In this document: positions 1-9,229 of the stretch, in pieces
Position numbering within the stretch: position 1 is the first letter of the stretch
Layout: each line of letters opens with the position of its first letter
From: a virus
Direction: 5' to 3' (one strand)
Virus record (IMG/VR): IMGVR_UViG_3300047678_000276
Span: 12,323 to 76,322 of that record
Length of the DNA: 64,000 bases
Translations under genes and position numbers: made by a program
Notes under the pieces: model-generated
What the model saw: only the letters and a program-made list of their open reading frames with translations
What the model was told of the DNA's origin: nothing
Database searches by the model: none

Positions 1-400
1 TTTTTTTGTTTGAGGTTGTTTCTATTCCGCACAAAAAACAACCATTGCTATTCATATGCCTATCAGGTGTTTGTTCAAATTCGCCATGTTTTGAGCATAT
101 GATTTTTACTTTATTAAAAACTCCAGCATAGTTTACTAAAGAATAATTGTATCTGTTGTTATGTATTTTATTAGCTCTGTTAATAAACTCTATTGTATTC
201 ATTTTATAACCAGAACATGCTGGGCATTTTCTTCCTTTAAAGTGTTTACAAGGAGGAATCCAAAAACTCCCATGCACAGGACAAATTATTTCTACCAATT
301 GTTGATTATCCTTATATTCAACTTTTGAGTAATCGTATGTTTCACCATGTACTATTACACTTTTATTAATAAATTCTTCTTTAGTTAATTTTTTTGGCAT
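1..400 (-). CDS. Partial (runs off window) DUF723/zinc-ribbon repeat protein, probable homing endonuclease
   Basis: Manual translation from ATG at 400: MPKKLTKEEFINKS..HGETYDYSKVEY..IICPVHGSF..CPAC, with the motif repeated; TATTTAT upstream. Confidence 0.7.
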   Translation of the reverse strand, partial: MPKKLTKEEFINKSVIVHGETYDYSKVEYKDNQQLVEIICPVHGSFWIPPCKHFKGRKCPACSGYKMNTIEFINRANKIHNNRYNYSLVNYAGVFNKVKIICSKHGEFEQTPDRHMNSNGCFLCGIETTSNKK

Positions 401-448
401 ATTATTTATTATAAATATACAAAAAATTTATTAAAATGAAGAATGGCA

Positions 449-1513
449 TTATATTATTTTATAGTAAATTGCTTTTTCTCTACCTTTTGCCTTGTCATTA
501 ATTATAGTTCTAAATAAATCAGTAAGTTCAGAATAAGATAATTTAGTTATTTGCAATATTGCATTAGGTATGAGATGGCTATCTATGTGTAATACATCTA
601 ATAAATCAACCCACAACGTCGGCGACAACAAGTAGTGATAGAATTCATGTTGGTAATTATCCGCCTTGCTATAGTAATACGCCAGCTCTTCTTTAGAATA
701 ATGCTTTGGTATACTGTGACAGATCAGATAATCAATAACTCCTTTATTCACCTCATGTAGAAGTGCAGGAAAATTTATAGCCTTACAAAGAACGGTTGCT
801 TGAGGTTTTCCAGGCTGGTCAAATTTTATTTCATTAAACCCCTGTGTTAATTGTTGCCCATTTTCAATTGCATTTTGAATTCCTTCAGGGTTCATCATCC
901 AAAATTGGAAATTGATTCCTGCTGTGAACTCATCATATAATTCCACCAGCTGTGGATTCATCTCATCCAGTTTATCTTTGACCAGGTAGTAAACTCCTTT
1001 CCAAATATGCATTGAGGATCCATGAACCAGCCCGTTTAAAATAACACGCTTTTGAATCTCATCTCTCATGGTGTTCTTTTGCTCCAGGCTGAGTTCTAAG
1101 AACGGTTCAGGATTATTATCTTGTTCTGTATCTAAATGAATCCTGGGCTCAATGAACGCCTTTAAATCGACATGTTCAGGAACATCATAAAGGTCTCTGA
1201 TTATTTCAACTGCTAGGCTCTGGAGATCTGCAACAAATGGTTTCTCTTTTCTGGAGATATATTCGAACAGGCCCATAACTTTTAAAAGAACGTCGGAGGG
1301 TTTAATCTCATCTCCGAATCGGCGCTGGAATAAATCACAAACTGATTTAAATTCTTGTCCAGCCAGGTATTCAGGTTTATAGCTGTATACATTATTTGCA
1401 TCCAAGGAAAATAGTTTAGCATCTAGTTTCTTTATTATTCCCCTGTTTGGAGTATAAGGAAGATTCTGGATTGTCTTAGAGAATTCTTTATTGCCTATGT
1501 CTATTTTTGCCAT
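449..1513 (-). CDS. Hypothetical large-phage protein (354 aa)
   Basis: Long ORF with FPALLHEVNKG motif, preceded by a host-type promoter. Confidence 0.75.
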   Translation of the reverse strand: MAKIDIGNKEFSKTIQNLPYTPNRGIIKKLDAKLFSLDANNVYSYKPEYLAGQEFKSVCDLFQRRFGDEIKPSDVLLKVMGLFEYISRKEKPFVADLQSLAVEIIRDLYDVPEHVDLKAFIEPRIHLDTEQDNNPEPFLELSLEQKNTMRDEIQKRVILNGLVHGSSMHIWKGVYYLVKDKLDEMNPQLVELYDEFTAGINFQFWMMNPEGIQNAIENGQQLTQGFNEIKFDQPGKPQATVLCKAINFPALLHEVNKGVIDYLICHSIPKHYSKEELAYYYSKADNYQHEFYHYLLSPTLWVDLLDVLHIDSHLIPNAILQITKLSYSELTDLFRTIINDKAKGREKAIYYKII

Positions 1514-1517
1514 TTCA

Positions 1518-1549
1518 GCAAAGATACGATTTTATTCCTTTAAGCCAAA
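1518..1549 (-). promoter_or_regulatory. Bacteroidota housekeeping-type promoter (-33 TTTG / -7 TAnnTTTG)
   Basis: Minus strand TTTG-N19-TATCTTTG just upstream of the 1513 ATG; similar sites at about 12305-12335 (+), 48665-48695 (-), 61561-61592 (-). Confidence 0.7.
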
Positions 1550-2137
1550 TTTCAATTCTTTATATCCTGCTGGTATTTCTTTTTCCATAGATATGATGTT
1601 GCGAGCCCAAGAGCCGATTAATCCTTTTGGATCTCTGCCTCTGAAATCTCCACCGCCTCCACCGTTTCCTTCTGCTGTTAACAGGGAGAGAGGATGAATT
1701 TGATATCCGTCTTTCTCAGGAGACTTTGATTTATCCACATATTGTTTTGTGGTATGATTCACAACAAACTTATATTTGCTTGATTGTGCTAAGGTTAAAG
1801 CTTTTGGACTTTGAATCTTGAAAGATAATTGTTCTCCTTCTGTTCTTTCTTCATCAGACATTGAATATAAATTATCTTCAGATCCTTCTTCAGGAGCTGC
1901 ATAATCACCTGCCCAAACAATTGGTTTTTTATACCAAGCACCGCCAGGGATTAATAATTTCTCAACACAGTGCATGAGTTTGTTTTTAACGTAGGAGTGT
2001 TCCATTAATTTCAGGCCCTCACCTATCATGAATGATTTACCGTCATCACGTGTGAATTTTGATTTAACATCGTGGCTATAGATCCATTCAATAGCTTTTT
2101 TGTTTTCGATTTGGCAAGGTTTATAATATTGTCCGAT
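1532..2137 (-). CDS. Conserved phage protein (GQYYKP...GLKLMEHSY type); start uncertain
   Basis: Frame is open upstream of the 2029 ATG to ATC-GGA-CAA-TAT-TAT-AAA-CCT at 2137; a duplicate MGQYYK stub lies at 2982-3005. Confidence 0.65.
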   Translation of the reverse strand: MGQYYKPCQIENKKAIEWIYSHDVKSKFTRDDGKSFMIGEGLKLMEHSYVKNKLMHCVEKLLIPGGAWYKKPIVWAGDYAAPEEGSEDNLYSMSDEERTEGEQLSFKIQSPKALTLAQSSKYKFVVNHTTKQYVDKSKSPEKDGYQIHPLSLLTAEGNGGGGGDFRGRDPKGLIGSWARNIISMEKEIPAGYKELKFGLKE

Positions 2138-2225
2138 AATTTTAACCCTCTTTTGGATGGGCCCTCATTTTAATTGTTAAACATTTATTTACTTATACTT
2201 GTATAGACACATTTAAATTAAAAAC

Positions 2226-2954
2226 TTAAAAATATTTCCACAAATAATTTCCTGCACTTTTTCTTTTGTTAACACATACTTCTCTAATATGACCACCGCT
2301 TATTTTTAATTTCCTTGAAGCTTCTTCTGTGGATTTCCAGATTTTAATTTCATTTCCTTCTCTATCCAATTGAATTACTTTTTTAGAAAGTCGATCTGAT
2401 AGTTTTTCTTTTAAATTTTTAATTGGATCGACTGTATTTGATTTATAATTTTTTACAATATATCCTTTTATTAAGTGATTTTTGTTTATACTTAAAGACA
2501 AAGAAACTCTTTTAACCTCTAAAAAATCAGCACAATCTATGTGTGCATCGAATTGTCTAAAAAACGTACCATCTTTTTTATAGAGGAAAACTGATTTTAT
2601 AGCATTCTTGTCTCTGAAGCCTACCATCCCATCTCCACCATCAGTCAAATTAACTAAAGAACCTTTTTTATTATCAATTTTTTTGCCGTAAAACTTTATT
2701 AATTCTTTTTCTTTGTTTTTTATCTGGTCATGGTCATCACTTTCAAAGATAATATTTATAGAATATTCTGTTTTAGAAGTTATATTATTCCAAAATTTAC
2801 TTCTATATCTGCCTTTTTGTTTAGATCTAGAATAATCTTTCGAATTATTATATTTAGCCCCTATGCCAATATAGAATATTTCATTAGTGTCTAACCTTAA
2901 ATGTGAGTACACATAATACTTACCATTTAAATCTGTTGTCTTAATTATAATCAT
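2226..2954 (-). CDS. Free-standing homing endonuclease, GIY-YIG-like with NUMOD1 repeats
   Basis: YVY..FYIGIG..R..E..NLTDGGDG; C-terminal KVIQLDREG..WKSTEEASR..SAGNYLWKY. Confidence 0.8.
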   Translation of the reverse strand: MIIIKTTDLNGKYYVYSHLRLDTNEIFYIGIGAKYNNSKDYSRSKQKGRYRSKFWNNITSKTEYSINIIFESDDHDQIKNKEKELIKFYGKKIDNKKGSLVNLTDGGDGMVGFRDKNAIKSVFLYKKDGTFFRQFDAHIDCADFLEVKRVSLSLSINKNHLIKGYIVKNYKSNTVDPIKNLKEKLSDRLSKKVIQLDREGNEIKIWKSTEEASRKLKISGGHIREVCVNKRKSAGNYLWKYF

Positions 2955-3086
2955 GTTTTTAATTATAAATATACAAAAAAATTATAGTTTATAATACTGT
3001 CCCATGTTGTTATTTTTTAAAGTTTATATATGAATAGAAAGGTTTATAGGGAGAACTTAAAAATTTCTCAAAAAAAAAGAGGAGAT

Positions 3087-4022
3087 TTAATTCTCCTCTT
3101 CTACATTTGATACTTCCGTTATTTTTGTGTCGATTCTACCGACAAGTTCGTACAGTTCTTTTTCGAGCAACTCTCCCTTTAATGCTTCAAGCAATGTTGT
3201 TGTGTTGTAGTAATTATCATTTGCAATAGCAACTTCAACAACTCTTTCTGGACTTAACTTACTAAGCAAGACAGCTACAATATCAGAGGCAAACTCCTCA
3301 TCTTCACAACTACCATACATATCAATCAAATCCGTAATATCATATCCTTTAACTTCTGTAGCAAGGATTAAAGCTTTAGGGCTTCCGCCTTTTGGTACAT
3401 TTTCTTCTGTTACAATACCTTTTTGAAAAGTTAATTCACCGCAGTTATGTCCAAAGTCCTCATCAGCATAGCGCACAAATAATTTAACTTTTGGAAACAT
3501 TTCAGAAAGCTTTTTGATAATAGGATATGGAGTACCCCATGCTGTATTGAAACTGAACGAATCGATGCTTTCCTCTGTTTGAGAATAAGCATTCCATTTT
3601 GTTCCCCACTTATCGTTGCACCAAGAATACCAATCCTTATGACCGTATTTCTTTATGTTGTCAAGAGCTTGTTGACCAGTAACCAGATTAGCACGATTTT
3701 CTTTCAAAAGATAATCCGTCAATGTGCTTATATCTTTTATTCCTTCAGCTTTAACCCAAGGCCAAGATAACATGTTTGTTAATTCTGCTGAATCCCCTGT
3801 TTTTCTAAAGATAAGTATCGCCATTCCGTTGTCTGTAGAAGAACCCGATTCTATACGTAACTCTTCTGGCATTGGAATAATCTTATTGAAATCGATTATG
3901 GTCCCAACGTCGTCATCTTCTTTTCCGTCCGCAGTTGCATCAGGTCGAATTGCGTTTCTTAAGGCGATGATATCTTCCTTGGCCCCTTTTAATTTTATTT
4001 GTGTTGTTACGTGATTAGGCAT
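3087..4022 (-). CDS. DUF1281/Api92-like (YubB ferredoxin-like) phage protein
   Basis: MPNHV..DFNKIIPMP..WY.W...WGTKWNA..F.TAW.P motifs. Confidence 0.7.
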   Translation of the reverse strand: MPNHVTTQIKLKGAKEDIIALRNAIRPDATADGKEDDDVGTIIDFNKIIPMPEELRIESGSSTDNGMAILIFRKTGDSAELTNMLSWPWVKAEGIKDISTLTDYLLKENRANLVTGQQALDNIKKYGHKDWYSWCNDKWGTKWNAYSQTEESIDSFSFNTAWGTPYPIIKKLSEMFPKVKLFVRYADEDFGHNCGELTFQKGIVTEENVPKGGSPKALILATEVKGYDITDLIDMYGSCEDEEFASDIVAVLLSKLSPERVVEVAIANDNYYNTTTLLEALKGELLEKELYELVGRIDTKITEVSNVEEEN

Positions 4023-4077
4023 GATGTATTGTTTTTATATTAATATATAATGATTAATAGGGAGAACTTAAAAACTT

Positions 4078-4839
4078 TTATCCTTTTAATTCAGTAATGT
4101 TTTTGCCTTGTTTAACAGAGTATGCTCTTTCCTTTTTATCAACCAACCCTTCTGTATATTGACGAACAACATTCATAAGAGTTCTCAATTGTTTGTCATC
4201 AAGATTTTCTTTTAACCCATCAATTTTGATTGTAATAGGTTTTGGCTTTGAAACTTTCTTTGCAGCAGTTTTCTTCTCAGTAGTTTTTTTATCAATCAAG
4301 AATACTACATCAGTCTGCATAAAATTGCTCTTGCTTTGTGGATAAGCATATGCCTCACAATTTTCAGGAGTAATTTCTTTTTTAGTTCCTTTATAAGGCT
4401 CAGTAAACACTTTATTGTTTTCAATATAAATTTCACCAACATCCCCTGTTTCTTCACCTTGCCAAGTTACCTGTCCGTTTAAGACATAACCATTTGGTGC
4501 AAGTATTTTATGAATGAGATAAACCAACCATTCAGTATAGTAATAGAATTTCCCACCACCATCCCACACAATTTCTGTCCCATCTTCATTTGGAACCCAT
4601 TGACACCATAATCCTGGTTGAGTTCTTGGTGGTTTGTTATGGTCAATAACATCAGGCATTGTGCCTTGACCTGAATTTCCTGTGCCTTCAATGAAGAATT
4701 CACCTTCAACACCAAACTCTTTTGATTGTTTGCGTGCCATTCTACGAGTTCCTGAGAACTTTGTGATGAAATCTTTCATCTTTTCTGATAGTGGCTTGTT
4801 TAATTCAAAACTGCCATCGAAGTCTGTTGTATATCCCAT
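4078..4839 (-). CDS. Conserved hypothetical phage protein (MGYTTDF..QPGLWCQW)
   Basis: ORF with own class-1 motif. Confidence 0.75.
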   Translation of the reverse strand: MGYTTDFDGSFELNKPLSEKMKDFITKFSGTRRMARKQSKEFGVEGEFFIEGTGNSGQGTMPDVIDHNKPPRTQPGLWCQWVPNEDGTEIVWDGGGKFYYYTEWLVYLIHKILAPNGYVLNGQVTWQGEETGDVGEIYIENNKVFTEPYKGTKKEITPENCEAYAYPQSKSNFMQTDVVFLIDKKTTEKKTAAKKVSKPKPITIKIDGLKENLDDKQLRTLMNVVRQYTEGLVDKKERAYSVKQGKNITELKG

Positions 4840-4885
4840 ATTTGTTTTTTTATTAATAGAATGATTTGTTTGTGAAACTTAAAAA

Positions 4886-5197
4886 TTAAATGTGTGGTAA
4901 ATATCTGCTTGGCCCAGTCTCCATATAGTACTTGCCATCCTTTTCTTTGCGAACCATTTTAAACCCCTCAATAATATCCTGACAAGTTTGCTTCGCACCA
5001 TCATTTCTGCCATCAGTCCGATAACCCTGGTCTGCTGCAGCTTCGATTGTTTCCAGAAATAATCTGATTGTTGATTGTTGTAAAGTTCTGTGCTGGTTAA
5101 ATAGAGCTTTAATAAAAGCCTTTCTGTTCTCATCACTGAATGTGTTCACAAAATCTGTGATTGTTTCTGCTAATTCTTCTGGTGTTAATCGTTTCAT
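4886..5197 (-). CDS. Hypothetical protein (HRTLQQ motif)
   Basis: ORF with nested class-1 and class-2 promoters. Confidence 0.7.
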   Translation of the reverse strand: MKRLTPEELAETITDFVNTFSDENRKAFIKALFNQHRTLQQSTIRLFLETIEAAADQGYRTDGRNDGAKQTCQDIIEGFKMVRKEKDGKYYMETGPSRYLPHI

Positions 5198-5253
5198 GTT
5201 TGTGTTTTTATATTATACGTAAGGATAGAATAAAGATTACAGGAACTTAAAAA

Positions 5254-5514
5254 TTAATATATCCAGGTCTCAAGGATTCTTATTTCATATTCCAACCCGT
5301 CAATGTTAACCAGGAAATCTTCATATGGAGAGCCAGCGAACAGGTCAGGAATTTCCGTAAGCTCTATATCCATAACATCGTAATGTTCACATATAGCTTT
5401 TGTAAGTCTTTCTATAAATAATTGTTTGCCGACTTTGTTGTTTGTTACATTATCAATTGTGCCGATCATTGGAGATTCATTATCTCCTAATTCTATAATT
5501 GTGAAATGTTTCAT
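5254..5514 (-). CDS. Hypothetical protein
   Basis: ORF with class-1 motif. Confidence 0.65.
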   Translation of the reverse strand: MKHFTIIELGDNESPMIGTIDNVTNNKVGKQLFIERLTKAICEHYDVMDIELTEIPDLFAGSPYEDFLVNIDGLEYEIRILETWIY

Positions 5515-5617
5515 ATTGTTTTTATTTAATAGAATGAAACTTCTGGGAAACTTAAAAATAAAAAGGGAGAGCTATTAACTCTCCCAATTTACCCGTACCA
5601 AGATCAAGTCTTGTTTG

Positions 5618-5691
5618 TGAGAAAGGCGTGGAGTTGAACCAGCGACACAAGACTGTTCAGGTCTTTGCTCTACCACCTGAGCTACTTCCTC
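5618..5691 (-). tRNA. tRNA-Phe(GAA), atypical (C37, bulged T-stem)
   Basis: Acceptor GAGGAAG/CTTTCTC; anticodon arm AAGAC-CTGAACA-GTCTT; GGTTCAACTCC. Confidence 0.7.
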
Positions 5692-5740
5692 ATTTATTAA
5701 AGTAAATATAATAAAGGGAGAGCTTAAAACAAAATATTTT

Positions 5741-6565
5741 TTAATTTTCTTCTTCGAATTCTGGTTCGTTAATTTCTTCTAAATAACCTGCTGCCTCACC
5801 GAAAGTATCCCACATTTCAGGGCGATAGCATCCAATAAGTTGTGAAGGTCTGCCTTCATTTCCAGAAGGGAATATGAATTTGCTATTGAAAAAACCTTCT
5901 TCAGTCATTTGTCCTTTGATATTCACAAGGTTATCAAAAGCTAAGGCCGCTATTGTCAAGTCATGAATTCTGTCATGGCTGTGTGCGCCGTGTCCAAAAT
6001 AATTGCCATAAGCAAGATGTTCCTGGAATAACTTATAAGCCCTGTCATATCTTTCTTGAAAGTCTTTTCTTCTATTGCCTGTGAAATTCTCCAATGGTTT
6101 GCCGATTGGATTAACATTTCTTTTTGAGAAGCTTTTTGAAGCTGCAATTATACTTTGTTGTTTTGGATCAATTTTACATAATTGGTGAATTCTTTTAACC
6201 ACTTCTGTATGGCCAACAACATCTCTGAAATAATTATTTGCTCCTCCAGAATAATCTTTCATATTCTTTATGGTGCGATATAAGAATGTGCATCCACTAT
6301 GATTAAAAGCTCCTTTTGAGATGGTGATATAAATACCCATAACATCATTAAACATCCCCATAAGATGGAGGTCACCTGAAACCGCAATTCCGCCTGCATT
6401 AAAACTAACTTCAAATTCTCGAAGCTTCAGAGCGCTTGCCAGATGTTTCATTGCTTTAAGACCTCTTTCTTTAAATTTGTCTTTTGCAGATTGATCATAA
6501 GAAAGGTCATTATACTGTACGAATCTTATAAGTCTTGCCAATTGGCTTGTGCTTGTTGTTTTCAT
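5741..6565 (-). CDS. Hypothetical protein (NAGGIAVSGD motif)
   Basis: 274-aa ORF with class-1 motif. Confidence 0.75.
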   Translation of the reverse strand: MKTTSTSQLARLIRFVQYNDLSYDQSAKDKFKERGLKAMKHLASALKLREFEVSFNAGGIAVSGDLHLMGMFNDVMGIYITISKGAFNHSGCTFLYRTIKNMKDYSGGANNYFRDVVGHTEVVKRIHQLCKIDPKQQSIIAASKSFSKRNVNPIGKPLENFTGNRRKDFQERYDRAYKLFQEHLAYGNYFGHGAHSHDRIHDLTIAALAFDNLVNIKGQMTEEGFFNSKFIFPSGNEGRPSQLIGCYRPEMWDTFGEAAGYLEEINEPEFEEEN

Positions 6566-6595
6566 GTTGCTTAATTTATATGAATAGAAATTATT

Positions 6596-7066
6596 TTAAG
6601 AAAACTTAAAAATGTATTTGTCTGAATCTGAAGTTTTTATAAACTGACCGTATTCTTTGTCTTCACCTCTAGATTTAATTTTAACATAATGCATGCCCGT
6701 GGTTGTATGTTTTTCTTCTGTTTCGAAGTTAAAGATTGAAAGTAATAGTCTCATCTCAAGTTTATCAATTGTTCTTCTGTCAGTGTGAATTCTCATTACC
6801 AATTCTTTAAAGTCTTTGCATTTTAAGAATGAGTTAATTTTTTCGCAAGCAGTTAAATAATCTTCAGTGTCGTCAATCAATTCGTTCAAGCGCTGAAAAG
6901 CATATTCTGTTTGTTCTTTGGTGCCAATATTCATTCTGCCAAAACTCAATTGTGAGTTGGCCACATCAATCCCGTATGTACCGCTGTCAACAAATACCAA
7001 TACAATAAGGCTATCCTTTTTGTATTTGTGTGTTTGTTCTTTTATTATTCTAAATCCTCCGCTCAT
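6596..7066 (-). CDS. Hypothetical protein
   Basis: ORF with class-1 motif. Confidence 0.65.
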   Translation of the reverse strand: MSGGFRIIKEQTHKYKKDSLIVLVFVDSGTYGIDVANSQLSFGRMNIGTKEQTEYAFQRLNELIDDTEDYLTACEKINSFLKCKDFKELVMRIHTDRRTIDKLEMRLLLSIFNFETEEKHTTTGMHYVKIKSRGEDKEYGQFIKTSDSDKYIFKFS

Positions 7067-7136
7067 ATTAAACCGTATTGTTAATGCGCTCTTTTCTTTG
7101 ATAGAAAGGAAACTGTGTAAAACTTAAAAAACTTTA

Positions 7137-7223
7137 TTTTTAAGTTCTGGTCAGAAACTTTCTATTGGTTGGCACTTACAGATCCAGGAAAGAAATAAAA
7201 AAAAGGAGAATGATCTCCTCTTT
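7137..7223 (+). other. Counter-oriented non-coding unit 1 (class-1 motif + GTTGGCAC..GATCCAGG + hairpin)
   Basis: 7154-7189 is 35/36 identical to 36965-37000; related copies at 17463, 23737, 29968, 33866, 36947, 40767. Confidence 0.75.
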
Positions 7224-7227
7224 TAAT

Positions 7228-7581
7228 TTATTTAAACATTTCCATTTGAGTTCCAATTCCTGTGAAGTCTGCAAGTTGCATTTCGAAAACCTCATCAATG
7301 AAACCTCCATACTGGTCTAGCATATCAGGATGATATAACCCGTCTTTATCAGCAACCCAAAAACCTTTCTCATAATCTTCCTTAATGAGCTTGGCTAGTT
7401 CTTTATGGTCTTTTTCTGTTGAGGCTAATTTTGGTTCGAACTGAATTGACTTCTCGCCGAACTTATCATACCAGTCTCTGGCCATCCAGTGTCCATCAGG
7501 GTCATTTCCGATTGATTCATTCTCTAATTGGAATAGTAATTCAGCTAGACCAATAAATTCTTTCATTGTGTATTTTTTCAT
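7228..7581 (-). CDS. Hypothetical protein
   Basis: ATGA overlap with the upstream gene suggests start at 7581. Confidence 0.6.
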   Translation of the reverse strand: MKKYTMKEFIGLAELLFQLENESIGNDPDGHWMARDWYDKFGEKSIQFEPKLASTEKDHKELAKLIKEDYEKGFWVADKDGLYHPDMLDQYGGFIDEVFEMQLADFTGIGTQMEMFK

Positions 7582-7799
7582 TTTAATTCTTTTAAGAGTT
7601 TTTGATATTTCTTTGTATTCATCCATTTAATAACTGTGGTCGCATTATGTCCGATATTTTTATCTCCGCTTACAGGATAATCAACCAGGATATAATCAGG
7701 CTTGTCAGAATTAAAAGACGCTGCCTGGATTATGCCTCTCTCTTTACGAAAGGGGTTATAAAAATCTATGCCGCTACTTATTGCAAATACTTTGTCCAT
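7578..7799 (-). CDS. Hypothetical protein
   Basis: ATG 6 nt after TCTAT. Confidence 0.65.
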   Translation of the reverse strand: MDKVFAISSGIDFYNPFRKERGIIQAASFNSDKPDYILVDYPVSGDKNIGHNATTVIKWMNTKKYQKLLKELK

Positions 7800-7815
7800 G
7801 TTTTAATAGAATGAT

Positions 7816-8055
7816 TTATTTGCGAAACTTAAAAATACGATCAACTAATTCCTGAGGATTGGTATGAAACAAGTGAACTGCATTCACCATTGGTATAGCA
7901 ACCGAAGCGTCCTCCTCAATTTCATCCAGGTGATAATAAACCACATGAATAGGATCCTTGGTCTCGCCTTTGTCGATGTAAATTCCTACACTTTCCTGGT
8001 CGATAGAAATTTCTAACTTTTCTTTTTTTCCGTTTATGATTACTTGTTTTCTCAT
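7816..8055 (-). CDS. Hypothetical protein
   Basis: ATGA-coupled to 8052-8384. Confidence 0.6.
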   Translation of the reverse strand: MRKQVIINGKKEKLEISIDQESVGIYIDKGETKDPIHVVYYHLDEIEEDASVAIPMVNAVHLFHTNPQELVDRIFKFRK

Positions 8056-8384
8056 GCTACCCAAAATATATCTTTAATTTCTTTATTTTTTATTGTGAAA
8101 TGAACCTCCACATCAATGAAGCGTGTTAGTGATTCATGTTGGTCTGTAATACTTTCAACATGAACCTTGCCGAATTTAACAGCTAGTTCAGTTTCAGGAT
8201 TTTCAACATAATCCTTTGATAGTTTCATTACTTTAAACTCCTCAATGCCAAGACTTACAAAAAACTCACTAAAGTCTTTTTGTGAAGGATGTTTAGCAAT
8301 TGAAATAATCTTGTTTTTAAGTTTATCAACCACTCCAAACAATTTAACTTCTTCTTCTTTTTTTAAAGGATAATGTCCAGCCAT
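8052..8384 (-). CDS. Hypothetical protein
   Basis: ORF with class-1 motif. Confidence 0.65.
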   Translation of the reverse strand: MAGHYPLKKEEEVKLFGVVDKLKNKIISIAKHPSQKDFSEFFVSLGIEEFKVMKLSKDYVENPETELAVKFGKVHVESITDQHESLTRFIDVEVHFTIKNKEIKDIFWVA

Positions 8385-8430
8385 GTTATTTTTATTTAAT
8401 AGAATGATTTGTTTATGAAACTTAAAAAGA

Positions 8431-8721
8431 TTATTTTGTTATAAGCAATTCAACTTCACTTGGCGCAACTTCAACGAAACCAAGTTTTTGAATATCTTTT
8501 TCAAATTCATATTCAGAAATGTTTTCAAAGAAGTCTGGATAAACTCTTAAGAACCCTCTCATTGTGTCAATGAAACAATCTACCATAACTCCCATGTAAG
8601 TATTGCTTATACTGTTATAGGTGTAAATAAATGATATAGTTGAATCTCTGTAGTGATGAACATTAAATACAATGTCCTTATTTTCTTTTACGATCTTCGA
8701 ATAATTTGGCTTAAATTCCAT
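8431..8721 (-). CDS. Hypothetical protein
   Basis: Start moved to MEFKPNY, downstream of the class-1 motif. Confidence 0.6.
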   Translation of the reverse strand: MEFKPNYSKIVKENKDIVFNVHHYRDSTISFIYTYNSISNTYMGVMVDCFIDTMRGFLRVYPDFFENISEYEFEKDIQKLGFVEVAPSEVELLITK

Positions 8722-8763
8722 GTTGTTTTTATTTAATAGAATGATTTGTTTGTGAAACTTAAA

Positions 8764-8976
8764 AACTAAACGTACTGGCACAGCGCTATCAAATGAGGGT
8801 GCAGTTCTCTAAGACAGTCCACTTACAGTATCGTGGAGATAACCTATAACTCAATGCTCTGAATTCAATCTTTGATAAGATCTCTTTCTATAGGTTGCTT
8901 CATGGAAGTGCCAAGCTTTCGAGTCAAATTATGTCTACCTATGCATTACCTCAGCACTGCACCAGTACGTTTAGTT
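8764..8976 (-). ncRNA. Candidate structured ncRNA (about 213 nt)
   Basis: 24-bp closing stem fully paired on the minus strand with three G-U pairs; nested inner stems; no convincing ORF. Confidence 0.65.
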
Positions 8977-8982
8977 ATTTAT

Positions 8983-9192
8983 TTAAAAACCTTCTCCTCT
9001 TTTTTCTTCCTCTTCATCAAATGGACATTCCAGGTCATCAACGATTTGTTCGATGTGTTCAAATGGATTATCCATTAATTTCTCAGACAACTTTGGAACA
9101 GCTGCTTCCATAATATCTTGTTCAGTGGCATTCTCATCCACAATTACCCTGGTCAATAAAGACACATATACTAACTTTGCTACTTTTTTCAT
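8983..9192 (-). CDS. Hypothetical acidic protein
   Basis: ATG 6 nt after TCTAT. Confidence 0.65.
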   Translation of the reverse strand: MKKVAKLVYVSLLTRVIVDENATEQDIMEAAVPKLSEKLMDNPFEHIEQIVDDLECPFDEEEEKRGEGF

Positions 9193-9229
9193 ATTTGAAT
9201 AGAATTAAATTAAACCAGAACTTAAAAAC

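Noticed and set aside
2226-2954. Group I intron around the endonuclease
   Set aside because: The flanks are too short for a ribozyme core and the gene start is duplicated rather than split.
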